DNA of 64,000 bases from Chrysemys picta bellii (lineage: Eukaryota), in NCBI RefSeq assembly GCF_011386835.1, contig NC_088809.1, positions 7,874,001-7,938,000 of the forward strand, read 5' to 3'. Below are positions 13,111 to 25,063 of the stretch, piece after piece. How positions within the stretch are numbered: position 1 is the first letter of the stretch; the number at the start of each line of letters is the position of its first letter. Made by a program: the position numbers and the translations under genes. The notes beneath the pieces are model-generated. The model did not search any database. It was not told the DNA's origin and worked only from the letters and a program-made list of their open reading frames with translations.

Positions 13111-13734
13111 TCAAAAATTCATTGTCGAATTCAGTTCAGCTAAAGGGAGAGGCATTGGTACCAAGGGAACTGCAAACAGATGTACTTAAAATGAGCTGAA
13201 TCTTTTCCTGAAAGCTTTATCAATCAATCAAAGAACTATTTGATCATTTTCATTCAGACTCTCATAGTTTTCATGCTTGTTAATTTCGATCAGCTTTATG
13301 CTTCCAACTACTGGCTGGAGAGGATGCCGAAATACAGACATTTCATAAGAGAAGTTTTCCTTATATAGGTGTTTCTGCTCTAGCCAGAACCAAGGGACAC
13401 CAGAAATCTCCCAAGAAAGCCATTGCCCCAGAATACAGAGCCTGATTTTCTTGAACAGGTTCAGACAGACAAATTTCAGATACGTGCCCAAACTAAGATA
13501 CTGATGCAGATTAACCCAAAACACTGAAGCCCAGATCCGCAAAGTTGGTTAGGCCCATAATGCCTATTGATTTCAGTGGAAATTAGGAGCCTAAATACAT
13601 CTTTGAGGATCTGGGCCTGAAGCGCCTCTTTTCGATGCTTCAGTAGTCTTCTAATTGTTCATTTGACAAAGAACAGGATTTAATAAGACAACAATACTCT
13701 ATACCTATATAGCAATTTGCAATCAAAGGCCTCA

Positions 13735-14050
13735 AAGAATTTTACAAAGCTAAGTGTCCTTTACCCCCATTTTATAGGTAGGGTAAATGAGTCACAGAGA
13801 GATTCTCCTGATTTTCAAAAGCGCTGAGCATCCCCCAGTTGATGGGAGCTCTTTGTCTACCCTTTCGAAAGTTACATCCTAAGTGAATTACTTAATTAAG
13901 ATAGTTACGCACCACAGTCGGTGATGGTTGAGGTACAAGCCTTGGTAGAATAATGTCAACACAGTTAGTGCCATAGCCAGTATTAGAACTTTAGTTCTCT
14001 AACTTCCAGCTCCTGGTTCAATCCACTAGAGATATGGCCCCAAAACGTCA
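13735..14050 (-). mobile_element. MIR-like CORE-SINE remnant interrupted by a short palindromic repeat
   Basis: cccccattttataggtagggtaaatgagtcacagaga ... gaactttagttctctaacttccagctcctggttcaatccactag. Confidence 0.45.
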
Positions 14051-14607
14051 TACAAGGGTGCTCCAATTTTGAATTCTGAACTGGTCTTTGTAAATGGCCC
14101 CTGTCTTTATTATGGAGTGAATCCAAATCCCAGATATAAACACCCCCAAACTTTGGGTTGTTGGCAATCCTGAATAAAATGTTACTTCTGGAGCCTATTT
14201 CTTTTTCAGATTAATTCTGTGATATTAATATGAAATATTTGACTTATTAAATCTCGCCAATTGGAAATCGAGATTAATGTTTCAAGAGCGAGGGAAACAT
14301 TTAGCTTTATTCTTTGATGAAAAGACTCATTCTGCTTTCCACACAGCCTGTTGAATCAACATCTGCAGTACAACTATGGCGGTTACAAGCACTCACCCTT
14401 GTGCTTATGACATGTCTACTCAAGAATTACTTTGCAAACATTTAAATTCATCTTGTTTTTGTCAATGAAGGGATGAGGATATTAATGCAATATTACCTGG
14501 GCCTCAGATATACATCACACACCAACAGGGAGCCAGAAGAAATGGTATTTAATTATAGTATACATCAAAATAAATTTCATTCCAAAGATTGCTTTCCAGT
14601 TCATAAT

Positions 14608-14716
14608 GATTTATTACTTGTCGTCCAATAATTCCTACTAATCCCAATGAGGATTGGGACCCCATTGTGCTAGGCATTGTACAAATACAAAAGTAAAAGA
14701 TGGTCCCTGCCCCAAA
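14608..14716 (-). mobile_element. L2-clade 3' end fragment
   Basis: tttatta...gggaccccattgtgctaggcattgtacaaata...gtccctgccccaaa. Confidence 0.5.
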
Positions 14717-16169
14717 AAGAGAATCTGCTGCTTTTATATTTAGTATTGATCATTCTGTTCACAGGAAGACTCTAATGAGGTTTACCCTTTTTAATTGCTC
14801 ATGGAATCTGAAATTAAGGCACTAGCTAAAAAAAATTTCAGAAGTGTCTAAGTGATTCAGGCGCCTGTCCCATTTTCAAGTGACTTAGGCATTTAGGAGC
14901 CTAAGGCTCACCTCAAGTAAACAAGATGCAGGTTCCGAAGTCCCTTTGAAAATGGGATTTAAGCACTTTTGAAAATTTTACACCAGATCCTTAGCTAGTG
15001 TAAATCAGTGTAACTCTATTGACTTCAATAGAACTACGCCGATTTATAATCAGCTGAGGGTCTGGCCCAGTATCCCTTTTTTCCTATAGTAGTTACAAGC
15101 TGGGGAGATGCTAGTTGTCCGATTTACGTTCTAGAGTGGTTAGCAGGATGGAGAAAAGTTCCAGTATCCCCAAACTTGGAGTGAGGAGGACCCAGAAGAA
15201 TTTGTTATTTGTGCACTCCCCTGCTGGCTACTAGTAGATCATCTGGTCTCCTTGCCAAAGGCCTTAATTCTAGTCCCGCCGATGTTAAGGAAAGTTTTGT
15301 TATTGATTTCAAAGAAGCAGGATTAGACCCCAGTCTTCTGTTGAAATGAATTTGGAATGGGAAGAGAGGAAAAATTGTTAGCCACGCACCCCTCCCAAAT
15401 AGGCCTTTTGCTTAATAATTCTATCCTTTTCCAGGAACTTTCTTTCTCAAATACCTCTACAGCCAATGAGTAAAGAACAGGCCAATTCAGCATCTGCCAG
15501 TGCATCAATGGGAGGCAATGGAGATATGCCCTCAAAGCCATCACAGCCCCTTTATGGTCATTTTCCAGCATGTACATTTCTGGTTTAGGGCCAGATTGTG
15601 ATACCTTTATCCATATTGGACTAAGTAGTACCTCTCACTACGCGTAGTCCTACTGAATTCAAAGGCATTACTTGGTGAGCAAGACACTACTCAGTCTGAG
15701 TCATGGTATGACAATGAGGCCCTTAATGGCAACGTATCTGGCTGTCAGCATGAAACACTCACACTCCTGGCACTACAGATATTTTATCCAGTTGCAGAGG
15801 AGGGAAAGCCAGCAACAGGCTAGGAAGTGGCATCAGAACTATGCCCTTGGCTTGTTAATTGGAAAGGGAAAGTTAGTAACGCTTGCCCTACAGTTAGGTA
15901 CAATGTAAGATAACTGGCTTATATTAACAGTTTTTACTGAGCAGGAGACCAGGTGATATTAGACACCAAATCCCTTCCCACTTCCTGAGGTGATATTGGG
16001 ATTTCACTTCTCACTTTCCCCCCCTGCTCCAAAGAAGATCAGGATTTTTCCAAACCCCTTTGGACGTGTAGAAAGTTCCCACTAAAAAGTGTGGTTACCA
16101 GCCCATTCAGGTACATAGCAGCAAATGCTACAGGCTTCCATGAAAACTACCCACACCTGTAAGCTGAGA

Positions 16170-17204
16170 ACTCCCAAAGCAGTCCACATGTTTTAATTCC
16201 CTCTTCCCTTGCCCCTAAACATTTTCACTCAAAATGCCTACATGTCAGGGAATATCATAAATTTTTGAGCTCTGCATATTGTCAGTAGCCACCAGATGGA
16301 TGGTGCATTTCATGGTCACTGGGTAGCCAGCCATTGGGTTATGTATTTCATTCCTGGTCCTTCACTAAATTTGGGTTCATATTTGTCTGGACTATTGACC
16401 AAACCACAATTTGTCAGCCTTTAGTAGCAGCTGTACAAAGGATGAGCTTATGTCTGTTCTCGCAAACACTGGTTGACTATCATCATTGACTAGGCCCAGG
16501 TGTTTCCTCATGATTTTGTTCATTTAAAGAAAGAAAAATAAAGAAAAACCTTCAGTTCTGACCTTTACAAAAAGAGAAATAAGAAAAATGTTGGCAATAT
16601 ATACAGGTGGGGAAATTGCACTTAATTACAGTAGTTTACATCCATTGGACAAAATTTACTTCTTTAATATAACTCTCTATTTATAGCTGGAGATGGAAGG
16701 ATCGGAGAGGAGAGAAGTTTATCATATTTACAGTTTAATTGGCTCAGTTCAACAGCACATGCGATTCCTTCTTCCAAACTCCAAGTAACAGCTCCAAGTC
16801 TCATCAGTCTGTTTGGTGAAGGAATATAACTTAAATACGTTTGATCTTCGTCTTCCTCTTCTGCCATCAGTACATTTTGTTCTTAATTTTCTCATGAGAG
16901 CCAATGCCCTCTCAAAGGCAAATACTTAAAATCCTCAAGACATCTCTTGGAAATACTGCGTGAAGGAAATGGAAAAGCACAGTCTCTGGGAGTAAGCACT
17001 TCGGTCCTGTCACGTCACAGAAGGGTGGCTATTAAGTCTTGAAGCGCTAGCTCTTTTTCAGGTTAATGGGCGTCTCATTATGGCACGAGACAAGCTGTCT
17101 GAGCTTCACTATGGCAACACCCCTCGGACTTCGTTGGTTACCGGCGTGATGTTGTGGAAAATAAGTTCCCGTTGCTAGGTGCAGAATAAGTGAGGTGTGG
17201 AACA
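16170..17204 (-). other. HNF1B: HNF1B 3' UTR (distal end approximate; candidate ATTAAA signal at 16192-16197)
   Basis: Directly follows the TGA. Blocks at about 16550-16680 and 16741-16795 resemble the mammalian HNF1B UTR as I recall it. There is no minus-strand AATAAA nearby, so the end is inferred. Confidence 0.55.
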
Positions 17205-17225
17205 TCACCAGGCTTGCAGGGGACA
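17205..17225 (-). CDS. HNF1B: HNF1B exon 9, coding part: CPLQAW-stop
   Basis: Minus strand reads ctttccctcccag|TGT CCC CTG CAA GCC TGG TGA, the canonical HNF1B C-terminus. Phase 0 matches exon 8. Confidence 0.97.
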   Translation of the reverse strand, partial: CPLQAW

Positions 17226-20034
17226 CTGGGAGGGAAAGAAACAGGATGCGTGAGTTAGAGAGCGTACAAAAAAATGTGGCAATGTGCAGAGGTGGAGTCA
17301 CTGGACCTGGATGATTTTATGACACTCGGGATTGAGCTTTCAGGACCATTCAGGTGTTCATAAAACGTTCAGTGTGATACAGACAGTAATTCGTACGCTG
17401 CCTTTCCTTCCATAATATTATGGGAGCAGAACATTCTGTCCTGCACAAAGGCTCCAATGTGCCAAGCAGCCTCAGCTCCACGGAGTTCTGCTCGTATTCT
17501 ACACATCCCAGTAGGTCCGTTTATTGACCCAGGCTAAGTTCCTCAAAAGTATTCAGGGACCTAACTCCCCTTGAAATGAATGCGAGTTAGTCACCTAAAG
17601 GATCTGGATCATAGAGGTCAGTCCCGTTTATACCAATTCCCATTAGCCTCAATGAATTCAAGGGGAAAATACTCCAAGGTTGCAGATTGGGCCTGTAGCT
17701 CTTAGAAGATTTTTATGCAACCGGTACACTGGGGCCAATCCTGCCAGCTGACTTGATAGTTAAGGACACTCATCGGGGCCTAATCCAACTCCCACTGAAG
17801 TCAGTGGGTGTTGGATCATGCCCAAGGTCTCAAGAGTTGCAATGGGGAACACAGTGGGAAAATAGTTTTCACGCCAGATGTTGCAAAAAAGGGCCTGTGT
17901 GTGCCCAGCCTATGGGAGAAATTGTTCCAAGACCAGTTCATTTGCCTTTGCAATGCTGCCAAGATTAGCCAAGCGTATGGAGATCTGCTGAGTAAATGCA
18001 GTCACACGAGTTAAAAGTTGCTTGGGGGCAGCTCATGTTACATACAGGCCAGGAGTTATGACCCTCTGATGGCTTTCTTGTGACCTATGTAAAATGAGTT
18101 GAGGATCTCAATCCCAGATCCACACCAGTATTTAGGCTCCTAACTTGCTGGGCAGGTGTCCACTTCACATGATCCCTGCAACTGGTGCTGTCTTACCAGC
18201 ACTCTCAGCAGAAAATGGGTAATGGGACTCACTTCTTGCACCTAGAGGTGGTCCCTCCAGATCAGAGTTGAGGCATATTGACCACTGGGCAGCATAGGAG
18301 ATGCTTGCCTTGCTGCTGCTTCTGCTGTGTGGCAGCTACACGGAGGACTGCTGTCTCTGGTTTGTCTCACCAGCACTGACTAGAGAGAAGACACGGTGTA
18401 CAACATGCCCCTCTGCCATTTCTTTTCTCGTCTGCTCGGTTCATCCTCTCTCTTCCTGTCTCACCTCCCCAGCCCCACTCCTGACAAGGCGCATGCTGCA
18501 TTTCAAGAGAAGCTCCGAAGGAGGGAGAGAGGTGAGAGCATACACTGAACCACTTGAACAAGGGCAGGAGGGACAGAGCTGAGCCCTTGGTGTCTCTGGT
18601 TTTGGAAGCATTGGTCAATTATTTCCCACCAGGAGGTTCCATGATCCTTCACTCTCCACCCCCTCCCATCTCGCCTACTCAGTTCTTTAATTTTCAGATT
18701 TTGGGTGGAGAATGAGGAAGCCTGGGATGACCTTGTAGATTCAGTGAAACATCATAACAGGGAGATAAGGAGCCGCCAGGAGGCCTCTAGGACATGTCAT
18801 TAGGGATGGGCCTCAGAGCTATCAGATGTTTGCTAATGCAATAAAATGGTGGCTCAGCCTTAAGTGTTGTCAGAGGAACTAGGAGTTATTTACCCCTTCC
18901 AAGTCTAAACATAAACATCTGATAAGAGATCAGCAGTGTGGTGCTCAGAGCTGAAGCTGGCGAGCCCAGCCCAAAGGGGTGGCTTAACCGCTTAACATAG
19001 CATTCTGCACTGTTGAGCAAGAGACACTAGCGGTGTTCCTCTTCCTGTTTCCCAGCAGGATGGGGATAGAGCCCTGCAACTGGTCCATACCGCAGGAGAG
19101 GGAGGTCCACAGTATAGCTCAAAGGGCAAAGCCTACCACCAAGCTACATAGATAAGCCCCATCCACTTTTGCTCAGCTGGAAGGATCCTGTGAGAGGCTA
19201 GGAGAGGGAAGATAAATCACGGATAGGCTTCACATGAAATCTCTCCTTCAAAATGTCTTAAAATCTTATAAATACAGGAATTTGCATTGGGCATTTCAAA
19301 CTTTCCTGAGAAAGGAGCACCCTGGCCTCCCATTTTTATTGGTCTGTCAATCAATACAGATTTTTCCATCCTGATCAAGTCTAAAACAGTGGCATTTACC
19401 TATTTAGGAATGGGAGTGGAGACCATCTGGGGCATGCCCTCCTTCTAGCCCTGCTCCACACACAGACTGAACTCTTCCAGATACGTTTCTTCTTTTGCAC
19501 CCATTCTCTTCCTCTTGCCCATCCTCATAAGATATTATAATGCTCTTCACCACACACCACAACAGCGGCTACCAGGAAAATGGTAGGCTCCTCCTCCTAC
19601 TTCGACCTATTTAAGCCACTGCTTGTATGCGCCACTCTCCACTATTGGCTGGGATAGTCAATCTGCTCAAGTGCATAAGGTTCCTTCTACTGACTGCTCT
19701 GGCAACAGGCCTCAACCCAAGGAGATGTAAGTTTTGGAGATGAAGGTTCTGACTAATTCTCATTGCTGTGTATGTGCAATGAGTAAGGTGGCCATGCTGT
19801 CTTACACATTCAGCTGTGGATGGATACGAAGCTATTTTAGCTCTGGGCCTTGTGCATTTAAGGTGAGTGTGTCTACTTGCATGTGGCTTGGCACAGAACT
19901 TTACCATGGGAACCACTAGCATTGTGTTTTCAACATCGGTGCTCATATCCTTCTGAACACTCAGAGCAAAACTCCAGTTAGCAACCAGTGTGAGAATGGG
20001 GGTCAAAAGGAGCACTGTGAAATGACATGTATGA

Positions 20035-20639
20035 TAGGGTTACCATATTTAACAAATAAAAAAAGAGGACCCTCCATGGGGCCCTGACCCCGCCCATTTC
20101 CCACCCCCAGCCCCGCCCCAACTTCACCTCTTCCCCGCCCCAACCCCGCCCCCTCCTCCCTCCCACTCCCAGCCACGCGAAAAGGGCTGCCCGAGCGCTA
20201 CCGGCTTCACGGTTTGCCGGGCAGCCCCCAGATCCTGCGCCCCCAGCCGGCGCTTCCCCAGCGCAGCTGGAGCCCGGGAGGGGAAGCGCCCAGTCGGGGG
20301 CACAGGGTCTGGAGGCTGCCCAGCAAACCGTGAAGCCGGTAGCGCTTGGGCTTCGGGCAGCCCCTATGCCTCCGGACCCTGCGCCCCCGGCCGGGCACTT
20401 CTCCTCCCGGGCTTTGGCGGCGCAAGGTCTGGAGGCATGGGGGCTGCCCAAAGCCCGTAGCGCTCAGCTCTTAAACAGAGCCAAAGAGTCAGGGGAGGAG
20501 CAGAGCAGCCGCGGGAGGGGAAGTGCCCGGCCGGCATTTTCCCGGACATGTTCAGCTTTTTGGCAATTCCCCCCGGACGGGGGTTTGGTTGCCGAAAAGC
20601 CGGACATGTCTGGGAAAAACCGGACGTATGGTAACCCTA
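20035..20639. mobile_element. Complete hAT non-autonomous DNA transposon in intron 8
   Basis: TIRs TAGGGTTACCATA and TATGGTAACCCTA; perfect 8-bp TSD ATGTATGA at 20027-20034 and 20640-20647; GC-rich interior. Confidence 0.92.
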
Positions 20640-22289
20640 ATGTATGAGATCAGGAAACAAAAACGTTTTTATTGAACAAAGCCTTTTGACTTTTTTTGTC
20701 ATGTCAAAATAGAACATAAATCGGTCAAATGATCACCTGGTATCCTAGGGCCTGATCCAAAGCCCCCATCTAGGGAAAGGCTCCCACTGACTTCCCTGGG
20801 TTTTGGAACAGTCCCTTAATGTCTTCTCTTCAGAATTCTGCTCCCCTCTTGCTAAAAGCAGTAGGTGGCAATTAAAAAAATATTCAATGATGTTTAAGAT
20901 TAAAATTATTTCTTGCCTTTGCTGCTAACGGTCAAACGGTGTTCGCAGAATGGATCATAGAAAAGCAGGGCTATCTATGCAAACTTGGGCCTGGACACTT
21001 ACTAATGAGCTTTGTTTGGGATGGCTGAGGGTGAAATGTATTCCAGTGCACAGACCCTTGCATCACTCAGCTCCTACTCTAGCCCTACTCTTGTGGACTT
21101 AAAATGGGACTTAAGTGGTTCACTTGCCTGGTGCCGGGCCTGTGCCCATAGAGAAATTTCATTCTATGCTCAGTACAATTTGCATGATCAGGTGCTATGG
21201 TTGGGTAACGTGGTATTTGCTGATTATGCTCAGCGCTTGTTTGCATGGGATAAAACAAGAGTACATTAAAAAAATTCAAGTAAAATAGTGTGTGTGTGTG
21301 CGGGGGGGGGAAACGAGTGGCTTGATTATCTTGGCCAGCCATGCTTCAAGGTAGGCTGATCATTCTCTCCAACGAAGGGCATAAGGCATCATTAGGCTCC
21401 ATGACAGGCCTAGCGGGTAGCATCGTGCGCTATTTTGATTAAAAAGAACATTTCCTGTATTCAGAGGGCTTGTTTCAACAAGCAAGCATCAAAGTCAACT
21501 AGGGGTAAGCCAGGATAATTAATCAAGAGAGAAGTTAGGGCTGAGCGCACACCAGATGGATTGATAAAGCCTTTCAAAGGAAATGGTATTCCCTAGGAGT
21601 GCTGATGCGCCTGATTGCCCGACTGATTGAGATTTGTGGGCACAGATAAATGTTTTCCCTGCACACTACAAAGAGTGGGAAACCTGACAGGAGTCGCAGG
21701 GGCAGTGGGATTTGGAATTACACTTTCACCTTCCATTTTGTGAGAGAAAGGTTCTGTGGCGGGTCCCACACCCGGGGCCAGATCGTCAGCTGGCATAAGT
21801 GTATCTCCATTGACTTCAAAGGAGCTCCGCCAAATCCCACCCACTGGGGATCTGGCCCACTGACTCCAATGGAGCTACATCCGTTTACACCAGCCGTGTG
21901 TCTGGGTCATTGTACTCGGTCTGACACAATCCTGTTTCTTTTCATTTTTTTTATGGTGGCAGAGCCTTCCCTTTGCCATCCTCGGAGGGAAACTTTAAGG
22001 GCATCTGAAAATGAACCCGGGCAGCAATTCCAAACATTATTTGCTGTGCATTTGTTGCAAAGCTTTTTCTCTTCCCACCGTCAGAGCTTAGCAAAAAGAA
22101 GTTTATCTGGATACAAGTTCAAGGTTGTCTCCTATTTATCTAGTAATCGATAAGGGCCACATATTTCCCACAGTCCCCAGAGCACTTTTTTTTTTTTTAA
22201 AAAGGGCTATTGTCTGATCTGGACACTAAAAATGTAGGGCCTGATTCACCTTCATTGATGTAAATCTGGTGTGACACCAATAAGGATTT

Positions 22290-22388
22290 GGGGGCTGGGG
22301 ACCAGATTCACAGCTGGTATAAATCAGCATAGCTCTATTGACTTCACTGGAGTTGTGACAGTTTTTACCAGCTGGGGATTTGGCCCAA
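22290..22388. repeat. Representative of a dispersed ~90-150 bp palindromic MITE-like family with core ccattgacttcaatgg (about 20 copies in the window)
   Basis: gggaccagattc...ggatttggccc ends with a self-complementary body. Similar copies lie near 945, 2315, 6920, 11290, 12590, 13530, 15590, 17740, 20750, 21765, 27000, 28330, 54880, 58530 and 60590. Confidence 0.55.
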
Positions 22389-22774
22389 TCACTTCAATGC
22401 TGATACACACAAGCTGAGGATCTCGCCCCCGATTCCGATCTCATTTCCACTCGTGTACATTTAGTGTAACTCCAATGACTCTGACAGTTACTCTGGCTTG
22501 TCTCGCTTGCAGTTTAGAGCTGGTCTTGCAATATAATCATTCAATGTCATTTTCAGTAAGCCTTGAATGACACCAAAAAGTCATTTTGATTCAAGGAAGT
22601 TAAATTGACTTTGATGGAGTTATGCCAGAGATGAACTTGGTCCATTGACTTTGCTGCATTTATCAAAGGCTCTACACACCACCTTCAAAAGACAAGCCTG
22701 GGAGCTTGAATTCATAACTTTGCTAGACACTAAATAACATGGTCTTCATAAAGACATGGAATTTATGACTTATT

Positions 22775-22995
22775 AAAACCATCTGTAACCCACTAATCCC
22801 CCTCTTTATCCTATGACTACATGGGTGTTAATGGGCCACTCCATCTTAAATGGTCTTGGAATCTATGTGTTAACTACTTATGCTAAACCATCTGTTCCAT
22901 CTTGTATTTAGCTGGGACACTCTGAGTATCTTTCCCAGACCCGAAGAACTCTGTGTAGCTCTTTCACCACCAGAAGTTACCTCACCCACCTTATG
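22775..22995 (+). mobile_element. Decayed Penelope-like element terminal repeat (second subfamily)
   Basis: gggtgttaatgggccact...ctttcccagacccgaagaactctgtgtagctc...accagaagttacctcacccacctt. The hammerhead GAAA half is deleted. Confidence 0.5.
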
Positions 22996-23584
22996 CTTTT
23001 TAAAACAAGTGATAATAAACCAGCACAGCTTGGTGTTACATCCTCATGCTAGTCATTTTGGGGGCCAGGTTTTAAGAAGAAAATGAACTGGATTCACAAT
23101 GGGTGACAGGTGTTGGGTTGAGAGCTCTGGAGAGTGGAGTGAAGTCCTCCATATATACACTGAATAGCACAGCCCAAGCCATGCAAGGACAAGCTTTCCC
23201 CTCCACAGATCTGCCAACATGCCTTAACTCTGCGCTGGGATCACATATAGAGGTAGGTGGATCGCTCCCTCTCCACTGCCCATTCACGCCGGGCCCTCTC
23301 CTTTGAGTCTGCCAGTAAGAATGCCAGTTACCAACATGGACACTTGTGCACTGTGAACAATCCTGAGACCACCCATTAATTTCCACACAAAACATTCAGC
23401 TGCTGTGGTTTATATAATGGGCCGGTATTTAGGGCTGAATATCAAACACTATCCACAAATAGCAACACACAGACCTTTGGATTAGCTTTTTGTGATGCTG
23501 GTTTGGTCCCTGAATATCACGCTTAGAACAGTGGAGCTGAGAAGCAGAAACTGGGGTCTATTCACCAACAAACGTATTGGCTTA

Positions 23585-23812
<228 letters not shown>

Positions 23813-24324
23813 TCATATAAATGCCAGCTACAGTCTTCGTGCAAATGCAAAGCAGTCAAGCCAAAAAGTTTTCAACACATTTGTGGGGTTTTTTTGTTTG
23901 TTTGTTTGTTTGTTTTGTAAAAACAAATAAGGAGGAATGTTCGGCGTCCTCCTTAGAGGTCTGGAGAATCCACCTGGTTTCTCTGCAGCAGCATTTGGAG
24001 AGATTAAGGGTTAAAATGGCATGGTTTGATCCAACAGCTGAATACCCTCTAACCACTTTCTGGGAGGCCATTCTGCTGGAGAACCAAATGCACAAACAAG
24101 ACAATGAGCAGGAGTGCTGGACAAGAGCATTGGAGGCAGCATAGGCAAATATCCTAGATGAAGTCAATGGGAGTTTTGTTTACCAGGCTGACCAGGAATG
24201 GAAATGCCTGAATTAAGAAGCGAGCTCTTTGTCCAGCTGAAAAGCATGAAGCATCCTGTTCTCCTCAGCCAGAAAAAAGGTAAAAACAAATTCTTAACTC
24301 TGGTTAGTTTTTGACCAGCCTTAA

Positions 24325-24790
24325 CAACCATTTGATAGAAAATTGGGTTTTCAGCTAAATTTTTTTTGTGCAAAAAATGTCTGCTCTCTGAAGAAATTTT
24401 TGATTTTTCATCAAATAATAGAATTCCCAAAAACTGAAATATTTCAGTTATGAAGTGCTGCTGCAGTGCCTCATGGGAGTTGTAGTTCAGGTTCCTCATG
24501 CTTTAATTCTTCTCTATGGCTGGTCTCACCAGACAAACTTCATCTCCCATGATGCACTACTACCATATACCTGCCATGATGTACTACCTCCTCTCATCAA
24601 GAAGAGACCATGATGCATCCTGGGAGATTTAGTTTAAACAGGGACCCTAGTGGAGAGAGGAATGGATGCACTAGATTCCTGAGCTTTAACTCCCATGAGG
24701 CACCACAGTGGTATTTCCCAATCTAACTATTTTAGTTTTTGGACAAAATACTTTGCGGAAAATCCAAATTTTCTGTGCAAAACAAACACA
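24325..24790. repeat. AT-rich-ended DNA-transposon-like interspersed repeat (related to 30575-30935 and 36415-36900)
   Basis: Shared gaaattt/ttttcatttt runs and a gggagttgtagttc...cccatga inverted internal segment. Confidence 0.4.
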
Positions 24791-24875
24791 CACCCCACCT
24801 CCTTTTCTGACCAGCTTTAGTGTTTATCAAGATATTCAATCTGCTGCTGCTGTCAAACGTCAGTTCGAGGACCTA

Positions 24876-25063
24876 CACCTCTACCCCGATATAACGCGAC
24901 CTGATAGAACATGAATTTGGATATAACACGGTACAGCAGCACTCCGGGGGGGCGGGGCTGCGCACTCTGGCAGATCAAAGCAAGTTCGATATAATGCGGT
25001 TTCACGTATAACGCGGTAAGATTTTTTGGCTCCCGAGGACAGCATTATATTAGGGTAGAAGTG
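24876..25063. mobile_element. Tc1/mariner (Tigger-like) MITE in intron 7
   Basis: TA|CACCTCTACCCCGATATAAC ... TTATATTAGGGTAGAAGTG|TA; TA target duplication; inverted homologue at 33205-33397. Confidence 0.85.

Noticed and set aside
15672-15908. ORF starting MVSKTLLSL, resembling the HNF1 N-terminus MVSKL
   Set aside because: Similarity is limited to four residues, the start is GTG inside a palindromic repeat, and the strand is wrong.
1-16000. DDX52 or another named neighbour gene
   Set aside because: No DEAD-box or other recognisable coding motifs appear in any frame.
19978-20647. Cluster of 60-157 aa ORFs
   Set aside because: All lie within the GC-rich hAT MITE, where stop codons are rare; no transposase motifs.
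21650-22153. 167-aa ORF in intron 8
   Set aside because: It starts at TTG, runs through palindromic repeats, and has no domain resemblance or splice support.
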